Positions 13,115-23,890 of a stretch of 64,000 nt of DNA are shown in pieces. A program made the translations under genes and the position numbers. Position 1 is the stretch's first letter, and every line of letters begins with the position of its first letter. Origin of the DNA: Antedon mediterranea (lineage: Eukaryota; Animalia; Echinodermata); contig NC_092671.1 of assembly GCF_964355755.1 (NCBI RefSeq), positions 23,572,070-23,636,069 of the forward strand, written 5' to 3'. The notes under the pieces were generated by a model. That model did not search any database and was not told where the DNA came from. It saw only the letters and a list, made by a program, of their open reading frames with translations.

Positions 13115-13760
13115 AGCCGCCATTTTGGATTTCAAAATGGCGGACCCAAATTGTTCACTTTTCAGGTATATCTCTGCTAAATAGGCACCTAGAGTTCTGA
13201 ATTTAGGTGCAAATTATATGGTAATGGGGTCACCAAACATATTGGTATAACTAACATTTTAATTGCATGGCGGCCATTTTGGATTTCAAAATGGCGGACT
13301 TCAAATTTTCACTTTTTAGGTATATCTCTGCTAAAGAGGCACCTAGAGTTCTGATTTTAGGTGCAAATTATATGGTAGTGGGGTCACCAAACATACTGGT
13401 ATAACTAACATTTTGATTCCATGGCGGCCATGTTGGATTTCAAAATGGCGGATTTCAAATTTTCATTTTTCAGGCATATCTCTGCTAAAAAGGCACCTAG
13501 AGTTCTGATTTTAGGTGCAAATTATATGTTAATGGGGTCACCAAACATATTGGTATAACTAACATTTTGATTGCATGGCGGCCATTTTGGATTTCAAAAT
13601 GGCGGACTTCAAATTTTCACTTTCAGGTATCTCTGCTAAAAAGGTACACAGAGTTCTGATTTTAGGTGCCAATTATATGGTAATGGGTAACCAAACATAT
13701 TGGTATTTAACTGACATTTTTATTGCATGGCGGCTATTTTGAATTTCAAAATGGCGAACT
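13115..13760. repeat. ~158-bp subterminal tandem repeat (about 4 units; about 3 inverted units at 16430-16925)
   Basis: Recurring unit GCCATTTTGGATTTCAAAATGGCGG..AGGCACCTAGAGTTCTGA..GGGTCACCAAACATA. Confidence 0.9.
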
Positions 13761-13959
13761 CAAAATGTTTCAGTACGGTACCTACAGTTATAATTTTAGG
13801 TACAAAGTATAATATAGTATTGAGGTCAACAAACATATTAGTATAACGTCTTTGATTGCATGGCGGCCATTTTGAATGTAGCTCAACCCGTACTGGCTTT
13901 ACACTATTTGTTTATGTTATAATTACATGCATTTAACACGGATACTTATTGTAGATCAC

Positions 13960-15275
13960 ATTTTCCCTGGCAACCACACAGCTCTGTACATCGTAAATCA
14001 CTCTTTCTGCATTTACAGCATCCAAGATCACAGTCGGTGTGTCTACAGCGAATTAAAACCTTTGTGACATCTGAAAGTTCCGGCAATGATATCCAAGCTG
14101 GACTAAATTTGTTGCCGTCCTTCCTCTATCCCCAGTTCGCTGGGTCCTGTTCAACCCTGAATGCATCTAGACAGTCGTACCACTTCCTGGCTTCCGTTTC
14201 ACAAGTTCTCTTAATGCCGCAAATGTTGGGGGATATTTTCAATAGTCTTTCTCTTGTTATAAAAAGATATCGTCTTGCATCATTAAATGTTCTGCAGTAG
14301 ACATAGTTACAACAAACTGTTCTAGATAATCTTACTTCCTGGCTTCCGTTTCACAAGTTCTCTTAATGCCGCAGATGTTGGGGGATATTTTCAATAGTCT
14401 TTCTCTTGTTGTAAAAAGATATCGTCTTGCATCATTAAATGTTCTGCAGTAGACATAGTTACAACAAACTGTTCTAGATAATCTGTGTCTGTTTCACTAA
14501 CATGCCCTACAGACAATGACATCCTCTCAAAAACTGGAGTCATACATGGCATCTTTTTCAAAGTCTCGTTAAATGTAGCTCTACCTTTTCCTTAAACAGA
14601 TGAAGTTCTATCACAACCGCTAATGGTATGAAAGAACAAGTAAGCGGCTGATGCTTGTGATCCAAGAGAAGAAGCAATCTCGTGTATTGGGATGTACTTC
14701 AAGTGCCTCCCCACTCCAAACTCGATCCGAAGCTCGTGGATGCCAGGTATTCTGTGGAAAGCTGACAACAACATCACTGTGTACAGTCTTGACAATGCGT
14801 GGAAAATTTCAGCGGCAAGTTTAACGTGAACAAACATACATTCATCTGCCTCTTCTATGTTACATGGCATCAGCGATTGTATATTTACTGGTTTGTTACA
14901 GCTCTGTCTCCCAAAGACCCTACAAACATTCCGTGATTTGTGCCAATGTTCTCTACTACTTCAGTTACAATAAATGAAAACAACTCTGATTTGTTGTCAT
15001 CAAATCTAAAAAATGTGGTCCAATTGTTGGGCAAGCTCCTGCTGGCTTTAACGACCCTCCTTACACCAGAGACGCGGTTTGAATGCGTACCAGACTTTAA
15101 ACTGTCGTTAAAGTATCTATCGAAAAACAAATCTAGTCGTGTCACTGATCGAAGTTGATGGTTGTATGACACTTGATATATACTCAATGAATGTCTTCGA
15201 ATCATTGGGCCTGAGCATATTGATTATTGCTTGTCCATCTAACACCTTGGCAGCAACTAATGGTGCTTCATTTTG
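13960..15275 (-). pseudogene. Academ XPG/PIN-like nuclease and Cys-rich tail remnant, arm 1
   Basis: LFFDRY..SLKSGT, DNKSELFSFI, NIEEAD, FHTISGCDRTSS; frameshifts; ~152-bp tandem duplication at 14183-14484. Confidence 0.75.
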
Positions 15276-15294
15276 TCGTACAACCATATATAGA

Positions 15295-16310
15295 CCATCA
15301 ACTTCGATCAGTGACGTGACCAGATTTGGTTTTCGATAGATACTTTAACGACGGTTTAAAGTCTAGTACGCGCTAGTACGCGTTCAAACCGCGGCTCTGG
15401 TGTAAGGAGGGGCGTCAAAGCCAGTGGGAGCATGCCCAACAATGGGACCACATATTCGAGATATGATGACAACAAATCAGAGTTGTTTCATTAATTGTAA
15501 CTGAAGTAGTAGAGAACATTGACACAAATCACGGAATGTTTGTAGGGTCTCTGAGAGCGAGACAGAGCTGTAACAAACCAGTCTGTAAATATAAAACCGC
15601 TGATGCCATGTAACATAGAAGAGGCAGATGAACGTATGTTTGTTCATGTTAAACATGCCGCTAAAATTTGTCCGCGCATTCTTGTCAAGACTGTAGACAG
15701 TGATGTTGTTGTTATTTCATTGTCAACTTTCCACAGAATACCTGGCATCCACAAGCTTTGGATCGAGTTTGGAGTGGGGAAGCACTTGAAGTATATCTCA
15801 ATACACAAGATTACTTCTCTTGGATCACAAGCATCAGCCGCTTACTTGTTCTTTCATTCCTTTAGCAGTTCTGATACAACTTCATCTGTTCAAGGAAAGG
15901 AATTTGAGACGATGTCATTGTCTGTAGGGGATGTTAGTGACACAGATTATCTAGAACAGTTTGTTGTAACTATGTAGAAAGAAGGTAAATGATGCAAGAC
16001 GATATCTTTTTACTACAGACTATTGAAAATATCCCCCCCAACATCTGCGGCATTAAGAGAACATGTGAAACGGTCTTTTCTACAAGCCAGAAAGTGGTAC
16101 AACTGTCTAGATGCATTCAGGGTTGAACAGGACCCAGCAAACTGGGGATGGAGGAAGGACGGCAACAAATTTAGTCCAGTTTGGAGTTCATTGCCGGAAC
16201 TTTCAGATGTCACAAATCGCTGTGACACACCGACTGTGATCTTGGACTTGGACACTGTAAATGCAGAAAGAGTGATTTATGATGTACAGAGCTGTGTGGT
16301 TACCAGGTTT
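15295..16310 (+). pseudogene. Academ XPG/PIN-like nuclease remnant, arm 2 (inverted copy of arm 1)
   Basis: NIEEADERMFVHVKHA..TVDSDVVVI..FFHSFSSSDTTSS..PPTSAALREHVKRS..DPANWGW. Confidence 0.75.
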
Positions 16311-19003
16311 GAGCTACATTCAAAATGGCCGCCATGCAATCAAAGACGTTATACCAATATGTTTGTTGACCTCAATACCATATTATACTTTGTACCTAAA
16401 ATTATAACTGTAGGTACCGTACTGAAATATTTTGAGCTTGCCATTTTGAAATTCAAAATGGCCGTTATGTAATCAAAGTGTTAGTTAAATAGCAATATAT
16501 TTGGTGACCCATTACCATATAATTTGCACCTAAAATCAGAGCACTGTGTACCTTTTTAGCAGAGATATACCTGGAAAGTTATTGGGGTCCGCCATTTTGA
16601 AATCCAACATGGCCGCCATGCAATCAAAATGTTAGTTATACGAATATGTTTGGTGACCCCATTACCATAATTATAATTTGCACCTAAAATCAGAATTCTA
16701 GGTGCCTTTTTAGCAGAGATATACCTGAAAAGTGAAAATTTGAAGTCCGCCATTTTGAAATCCAACATGGCCGCCATGCAATCAAAAGTTAATTATACCA
16801 ATATGTTTGGTGACCCCACTACCATATATTTTGCATGTAAAATCAGAACTCTAGGTGCCTCTTTAGCAGAGATATACCTGACAAGTGAAAATTTGAGGTC
16901 CGCCATTTTGAAATCCAAAATGGCGGCTTTCCCCTGACCAAATTTTGTGCAACCCTTCAATTTCATATTTTTGACACCCTAATGAATAACTGTGCAAAGT
17001 TTCAGAATGTTATCACAATTTGAAGGATTGGGTCACTTAACAGGCCTACTAAGCCCTCTATAGTTGTATTATCGTCTTGAAAATAATGCGCCCTCTATAG
17101 TTATATTATATATAGTATAGTATATATAATAGTATTTCTATCTTGGAAAGTTGTGTTGAGTAGCGTAATGGTGGCCATCTTGAAAGTAACACAAATTTAC
17201 CAGCCCTGATAGGGCAACATGGTGTTTATCACAACACGCAAAAAAACAAATTCTGAAACAATGGTTAGTTTTTGTACTATAGTGAATTTTTGGAAAATGT
17301 CATTATTTTCACAATTTTACCCCAAAACTTTGATTTGTGCATAGTTTTTATAAAGCAATACAAATAATTCAATTTTTTTAAATATTCCTATTTGTTATAC
17401 GTATCTTCATCAATATCCAGTTGGAAAAACGTATTCCATAAGAATTTCTTATAGAAAATATAGTTTTTATCATTGATTCGATAAAAAACACGAAATCCAA
17501 AATACATGTAATGACGTCACATGACGTCATCAATATGCAAATTACTTTTTTTTTTATACCTAACTGTACACTAACCCTTTGCCCATCACACACCACAAAA
17601 ATAATTACACAATTATCTCAATTAGTAACCCTTCCATTTCATATTTTTGACACCCTAATGAATAACTGTGCAAAGTTTCAAAATGTTATCACAATTTGAA
17701 GGATTTGCCTAAAATATGCTCCTTAACATGCCTACTAGCTGGAAAAAATTTGTAATGACTTGCAAAAATATTCAAGTTCATCGAAAAAATACAGAGGGTG
17801 CTATATATTATAGGCCAATACGCTTAAATCATTGTTTTGCCCATACCCGGTATTACCGGGTATACGTATTTCAACGACGTCTGTTTATACCCATACAATT
17901 CGTGCGCGTTTTTATGAAAAAGCTTAAAAAATCGTCAAAATAATGTCTTTTTTTAAACAGTCATAGTTTCTAAAGTAAACCGTGAACCGTTTATTTTTAT
18001 TACAAAATCTAGAAGTTGATGAGTTGTAGATATCGGATCATGCATCGATAAGGCTAAAAAAACATTGTGACATCATCGTATGGCCACACGAATGTAAAAT
18101 ATAGGAATTTTGTCTCTTTCGTTATTGCTCATCACATTCAATGGAGCGCATCACGCTTATCTGTATTCCTTTTTCTCCTACATTTATATATTGTCTAGGT
18201 CAATCAACTTTCTTTAGCATGAGATAAAAATATTTTAATTTTTATGACGTCATCATGCCTAAAATTTTGATTATGTGGGTCTTTAATTTCATCTTTACAG
18301 TAAATTTTAATCTGTAATAGCTCGTAAGAATAAAATGTGATAATCACGATTAAAACGTTTTCTGGAAGCTATTGGATTGTAGATACGAAATCATGTGAAC
18401 TTTTCGCCAATCGAATGTTGTGACGTCGTCATATGACAAGTTTAATTAAAAAGGTCAAATTTTCATGTTCTGCGTCAAAGTTCATCACATTTAAATGTGC
18501 GCGCACCAACATTTTACGTATTCAAGTTTCTTCTACACGTTAATATGTTGTTGCTGAGATAATTTTCTTCAGAAATTGCAATCTTTGAGTTTTATTTTGA
18601 TGATGTCATCATGTTAAATATTTGAATTAAAGGCAGGTCCCATAATTTAGTTAATATTTCATATAATATACAGTAGTACAATGTACACCAACATAGGCTC
18701 TGATGTGAGAAAATTTTTGTTTGCCGCCCTCTGTATCATGTAGAATTAATGTCTCCTTGTATACACAGTATACTGTATAATTATAATACAAGGCGAAAAT
18801 ACAGGACCACCTCTTATTATAGTTTTTAACATATGACGTGCACGTGGCGTCTGTCGTGCGGATAACTAACTCGTCAAATTGACGAGTTTCATGTATTATG
18901 TTTAATTAATTGTGGTTTCCTTGTTTATTCTGTTATATTTGTTAAGGACCACAATGGAAATAAGTTTGCCGTCGGTACTTTTTTGTGTTTTCATCCTATG
19001 ATT

Positions 19004-19980
19004 TTATGTCGGAATAAAAAAAAGAGAGTTGCAATAATCAAGGCGAGAAGTGACAGAGGCATTTATTAATGTAGAGGCAGTACGTTTTGACAGATACTTT
19101 CGAATGCAAGCAATGTTACGTAGATGGAAGTTAGTAGTTTTTGTAACATGACTTATAAGTTTTGTTGAAGGATAATTCATCAAAATAAACCCCAACATTT
19201 TTAACAAATGGTGATGGAAAAATTGTACAGGAATTAAAAGAAATCGAGGGAATATTGAATTTGGAACGTATGTGTTTAGTGGAAAAAATGATAAATTCGG
19301 TTTTAGAATTGTTAAGCAAAAGCATGTTGGATGATAGCCAGGATGATATTTTAGAAAGACAACTTTCAAGTCGTTTAGTTATATCATGAGATTCAGAAGG
19401 ATTAAAATCGACATATAGCTGCAAGTCATCAGCATATAGGTGGTAGTGTAAATTGTATTCTTTAATAATTTCAGTGAGAGGGGAAATATACAGAGAAAAA
19501 AGCAAGGGCCCAAGGATAGAACCCTGTGGAACTCCGCATTCAAGGCTCTTGGGAGCAGATCTAGTATCATTGATTTCTACGCACTGGTTCCGGCCAGTCA
19601 GATAAGATCGAAACCAATCTAAAGCACTATTAGACACTCCATAGTAATCTGAAAGATGACAAAGAAGAATGTTGTGATCAACAGTGTCGAAAGCAGATGA
19701 AAGGTCTAGCATAACAAGTGCAACAGCACGCTTTCGATCCAAGGCACAGACAATATCATTATGAATTTTGGTGAGGGCAGTTTCAGTACTGTGACCAACT
19801 CTATATGCAGATTGAAATGGATTTAAAAAATTGAATTTGTAGAGATAAGATATAAATTGATTTGAAACTATTTTCTCAAGGAGCTTTCCAAGGAAGTGAA
19901 GATTTGATATTGGACGAAAATTTTTTAACAAATTGGAGTCAAGGGATGACTTCTTTAGGTTTAATAACGGCAGTTTTAAA
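19004..19980 (-). mobile_element. L2-clade LINE reverse transcriptase fragment
   Basis: NFRPISNL, QSAYRVGHSTETAL, LDLSSAFDTVDH, GVPQGSILGP, YADD, then a frameshift to SRLDYCNSL. Confidence 0.9.
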
Positions 19981-20989
19981 GATTTCAGCAGCAGTTAAAA
20001 TTTAACAAATTACTTCTTGACACATTAAGAATGTTGCAATTAATGGCCATGGTCAAAGAATTATTACTTGCGTTTACATAATTTTTACAACTAAAAACAG
20101 GTTTTCTAATGAATTCATCAAAGGATGGATCATCATTTAAAGATGTTGCCACGAACTCCCTTTACATATGTTTCCGAGCAATTGAACTCCCTTGTGACGT
20201 AAACGTATACACAAAAAATCGTAAAAAGTTGTAAAATAACTCAAAACAAAGCTTTAATTTCAATAAACTTTCAATTAAACAACAGCTTCACAATAACTTT
20301 TACATTCGAATATCCAACCGCTAATATCCAACCTTCTTCAAAATATTTTGCTTCAATCAAAAATCCTTCTCTCTTCTTACAATTGTCATACTTCCCCTTA
20401 TATACAATATGTTCATAACCTTCTAGATCATTCCTTATACTTCTTATTCTATTGGATTACAGTTTCTATTAATAGCACTTCTGGAATGTTCCTGATTGTT
20501 CTTATATTAAATACATGGTTTCTTAAATCTAAACCTACTCTTATTCTAAAATATTCATGTAGATACTGTACTATGTTACTGAACATGTTAAGAATGGTAA
20601 TTTATTACAGATGTATTGTCCCCCAAAAACATGAAAAATGAAGATTAATTAAATCAGACTTTAAATATGTTATTTTGTAGTTTTAATAAAGTTAATTACT
20701 TTCGTAGGAAAAAAAATGAAAAAAATATTGCTTTCACTTATAAAATGACAAAATAAATGGTTAAATTTCACCAAAAACCACTGGCTGGCAGCCAATTTGA
20801 CCATTTTTTGCTTTAAATTTTTTCAGGCAAATACATTTTTTTTCGATCCAATTGTTGGTCAAAGTGGATAATTATTATGTGACATTAAAATGGCATATTC
20901 AACAAAAATAAGACAAACATCATGCTAAATTTCTAGGCTGCTTAAGCAGCAAACGCAAGGCATTGTTATAACATACTTTCATTCAATGA

Positions 20990-21370
20990 TCTCAGAGTGC
21001 TTTTATTATACTGTATCTACACCATAAGGTTGAACAGTACATGCTGACACTCAGCATAGATAATATTTATTCGTAGTAGAACATTTACAAAACTTTCTAC
21101 CTCGAGAGTTGGCCCTATTGCAAATAGATCGATATTGACGTTTGATGTCACTTTCATCACTCAGATTATTACAGATCACATTACTGAGATAGGTTATGGA
21201 ATTATCAACGTTTAGAGGGGCCCCATTTAAGGTAATATGTGGAACTGGTTGCGGACTTTTGGGCAAAGTAGCAAGCATTTGGATTTGGTTGCATTAAAAG
21301 TTATATCATGGTCACTAGCAAAACCTTCGGAGTCAGTCACTGACGGAGCCAAAAGAACCAAGTCATTGAT
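20990..21370 (-). mobile_element. Degenerate LINE ORF2 remnant
   Basis: ITLNGAPLNVDNSITYL..LSDESDIKRQYRSI resembles the post-RT region; boundaries approximate. Confidence 0.5.
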
Positions 21371-21472
21371 GAGTGATGATATAATAAGTAATGTAGTATA
21401 GACTAAATTAAGGTTACAACCAATAGCATCTAAAAATCGAAAATGTACTGATTCAATGATTTTTCCTTTTAG

Positions 21473-21599
21473 CTGTATTAAGTGTATCGGATAAGGTAGA
21501 TATTGTACCTTTTGCTGAGAAATTGAATGGTCTTGGTTTACAACTTGTTGCTTCTGGTGGAACAGCTAGAGTCATCAGGGAAGCTGGAATTCCGGTCAG
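21473..21599 (+). CDS. ATIC: ATIC/PurH bifunctional purine biosynthesis protein, coding exon 2 (IMP cyclohydrolase domain)
   Basis: AG/GT bounded, 127 bp, phases 1 and 2; [43 protein letters not shown] contains the PurH SVSDK and SGGT motifs. Confidence 0.95.
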
Positions 21600-21828
21600 G
21601 TAATTATGAATTGAGCCCCGGCTGAGTATCAGGATTCTGCCATAATCGCTCTTTCAGAAACTATGAAATATTTTCATCTCTAGAATTTGGAAAATCCATA
21701 GTTACAAATTAACAATGTATTATGTTTAAATTTCTTTATCAAAGTTTACTTTATACCAAATGTGACATAATTATTAGGCCTACTACATGTGCGCTTCTTA
21801 CCCAGTAAATTAATGTATTTTTGTGCAG

Positions 21829-21905
21829 AGATGTTTCTGAAGTAACAAATGCTCAAGAAATGCTTGGAGGACGTGTCAAGACTCTCCACCCTGCAATTCA
21901 TGGCG
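21829..21905 (+). CDS. ATIC: ATIC coding exon 3
   Basis: AG/GTAAG, 77 bp; [25 protein letters not shown], in frame with exon 2. Confidence 0.95.
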
Positions 21906-22050
21906 GTAAGGAGTAAATTAAACAAGAAATATTTCTTACAAAAAGTGTTGCTCGACATTTTAAAACTGATCATTGTTCTTTCTTAAAAGTTAATTACTAA
22001 AAAGATGTCCTTTAATCGCAAAAATACATACAATTTTGAACTTTAATGTG

Positions 22051-22051
<1 letters not shown>

Positions 22052-22087
<36 letters not shown>
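22052..22087. repeat. (TG)n microsatellite
   Basis: About 18 perfect TG units. Confidence 0.95.
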
Positions 22088-22088
<1 letters not shown>

Positions 22089-23890
22089 CCGACCTCAGCC
22101 TGTAAGCATGCAACTGAATACCCTCCTAGAGACAACGTAAAAAAATTCTTCCCAGTCTGTTGATTCGCGTCAACCAATTAAAGGGCAAGAATCCAAAATC
22201 GTTCAACCGTGAGCCCTCACAGACTCTCTTTTCCCAGACGTTTTTTGGTCCAGCAGCTGGGATCTATAAATTATAGTTGAGTTTACAAAGTCGCAAAACT
22301 GTCAGCCTTAGATACTACTATAACTGTTGCTTGCTTTATATCTGAATGAGTAGTCCTCATGGGATGTAGCTGGCTAGAGCAGCAGCATGAAAAACCACTA
22401 ACGTAACAAACGTAATTTTTACACTCTTCTAGTAACTTTAGTCATTCTTTCCATTCATCGAGTCTTTCTTTTTTCTTTTTTTTTTTTTTAATTATTTTAT
22501 TTTCTGTATTTCATAAAAACAGTATACATTACTTAACTTGGTTACATTACAAAGTAATACAAAATAATAATAAAGTAACCTTTTCAAGTTACAAAACATA
22601 TATGGCTATTTTTATACATAAATATCAAAACAGATTTCATTTAAACAAAAAAAAAGAATGAACTGTTGTTCAATAATAACTTGTATTTTCCTCCATATGA
22701 TATCAATTACTTTGCATTCCACGAACATGTGTATTAAAGTTTGTTCTTTTTCTAAACAAAATTCACAAATTGGTGATTCAACAATTGATATCTTATGTAG
22801 AAATGAGTTAGTATAAATGATACGGTGAATAAATTTATATTGAAAGTTTTTAAGTTTCGTATTGATTGTGCATTTATGCAAAGTTGTGAATATCATATCC
22901 CATTTCAATTGTGTATTATCAAGTTAATTTTCCCATCTGGACTCGATTCTATCGGGCACTGTTGCATATTTTTTAACGAAATGAGAATACAAGTGTTTAC
23001 AGCTTCTTTTTGTTTTCATCAAATTATTTATCTTAGAATTTTCGATTATTAAATTTGATGGGTTTGTATCGGTATTCTCAAATATTATTTGTTTCCAGTG
23101 CCTTGGAATCGAGTGTACAATTTGATGGTAAAATCAAAAATTGGGTTTAAAATTGAATCGTTATTAGAATTCTTCTAAGTTAAGAATTCGGTTGCTATGA
23201 GTCAAAATATCTTTAATGTATTTGATATTGTTGTCCCACCAAACCTTATTTATACTGAATTCCTTGATTTCAAAACAAGAGTTATTCCATAAGGATTGTG
23301 ATCAGATTTCTTTAACAGAGCTCGGTTCTTTGAAACTATACTCGCTCCAAGCTAATAGAACGTCCTTATTAAAACCATTGAACTGTTTAAGCATCGCGGA
23401 GGATTTTGAAAAGTTACTATAAAAAATAAAGTCGTTTCCAAATTTATGTAGGTCGCTTTGAAAAAAAGTTTCCATTTACCATCGTTTTTTCCTAGATATC
23501 TTTTAACCCAACATGCTTTTAGAGCTTGACAGTAACTTTGAACATGTGGCATTTTCAACCCTCCCTTTTCTAATTCGTTGGTCATGATTTTCCTCTTTAC
23601 AGTCCTTCGTTCAAGTAAAAAGCAGGAGAGCCCTAAATTGCTCTCCTCGAATTTCCGAGGAGAGCAATTGCTCTCCTAATAAAAAATTCTGGGGGTTTCG
23701 AAGAAAATACATATCTTGTATACAATCTTCAAACTTTTCCACTCTCGCTTGACTTTTGAGTGGTCAAAACCAGCAGCTTCTAAAGTATTTGCAAAATGAT
23801 CCGAGACTAAACTCATTGCTTCCAATTCAGATTCTGAATCTTCTCTCCAGTTGGCTGGATTTAAGCAAGATGTATGTGGGTAAATACTAT

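Larger units (their letters stand above)
12992..17737 (-). mobile_element. Rearranged Academ-like DNA transposon with 3-bp TSD GCT
   Basis: GCT|TAGTAGGCCTGTTAAG ... CTTAACATGCCTACTA|GCT; ~100-bp TIRs; XPG-like nuclease remnants inside. TAG termini, 3-4-bp TSD and an XPG domain are known Academ traits. Confidence 0.8.
11950..18895 (+). mobile_element. Helentron/DINE-1-like element, copy 4 (three stacked 5' ends; split by the 12332-~17895 insertion)
   Basis: 5' hairpins at ~11954, ~12008 and ~12049; body 12080-12331 and ~17896-18895; 3' end GCGGATAACTAACTCGTCAAATTGACGAGTTTCATG. Confidence 0.75.

Noticed and set aside
13115-13760. Regularly spaced palindromic repeats resembling a CRISPR array
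   Set aside because: Whole ~158-bp units repeat with no unique spacers, there are no cas genes, and the context is a eukaryotic transposon.
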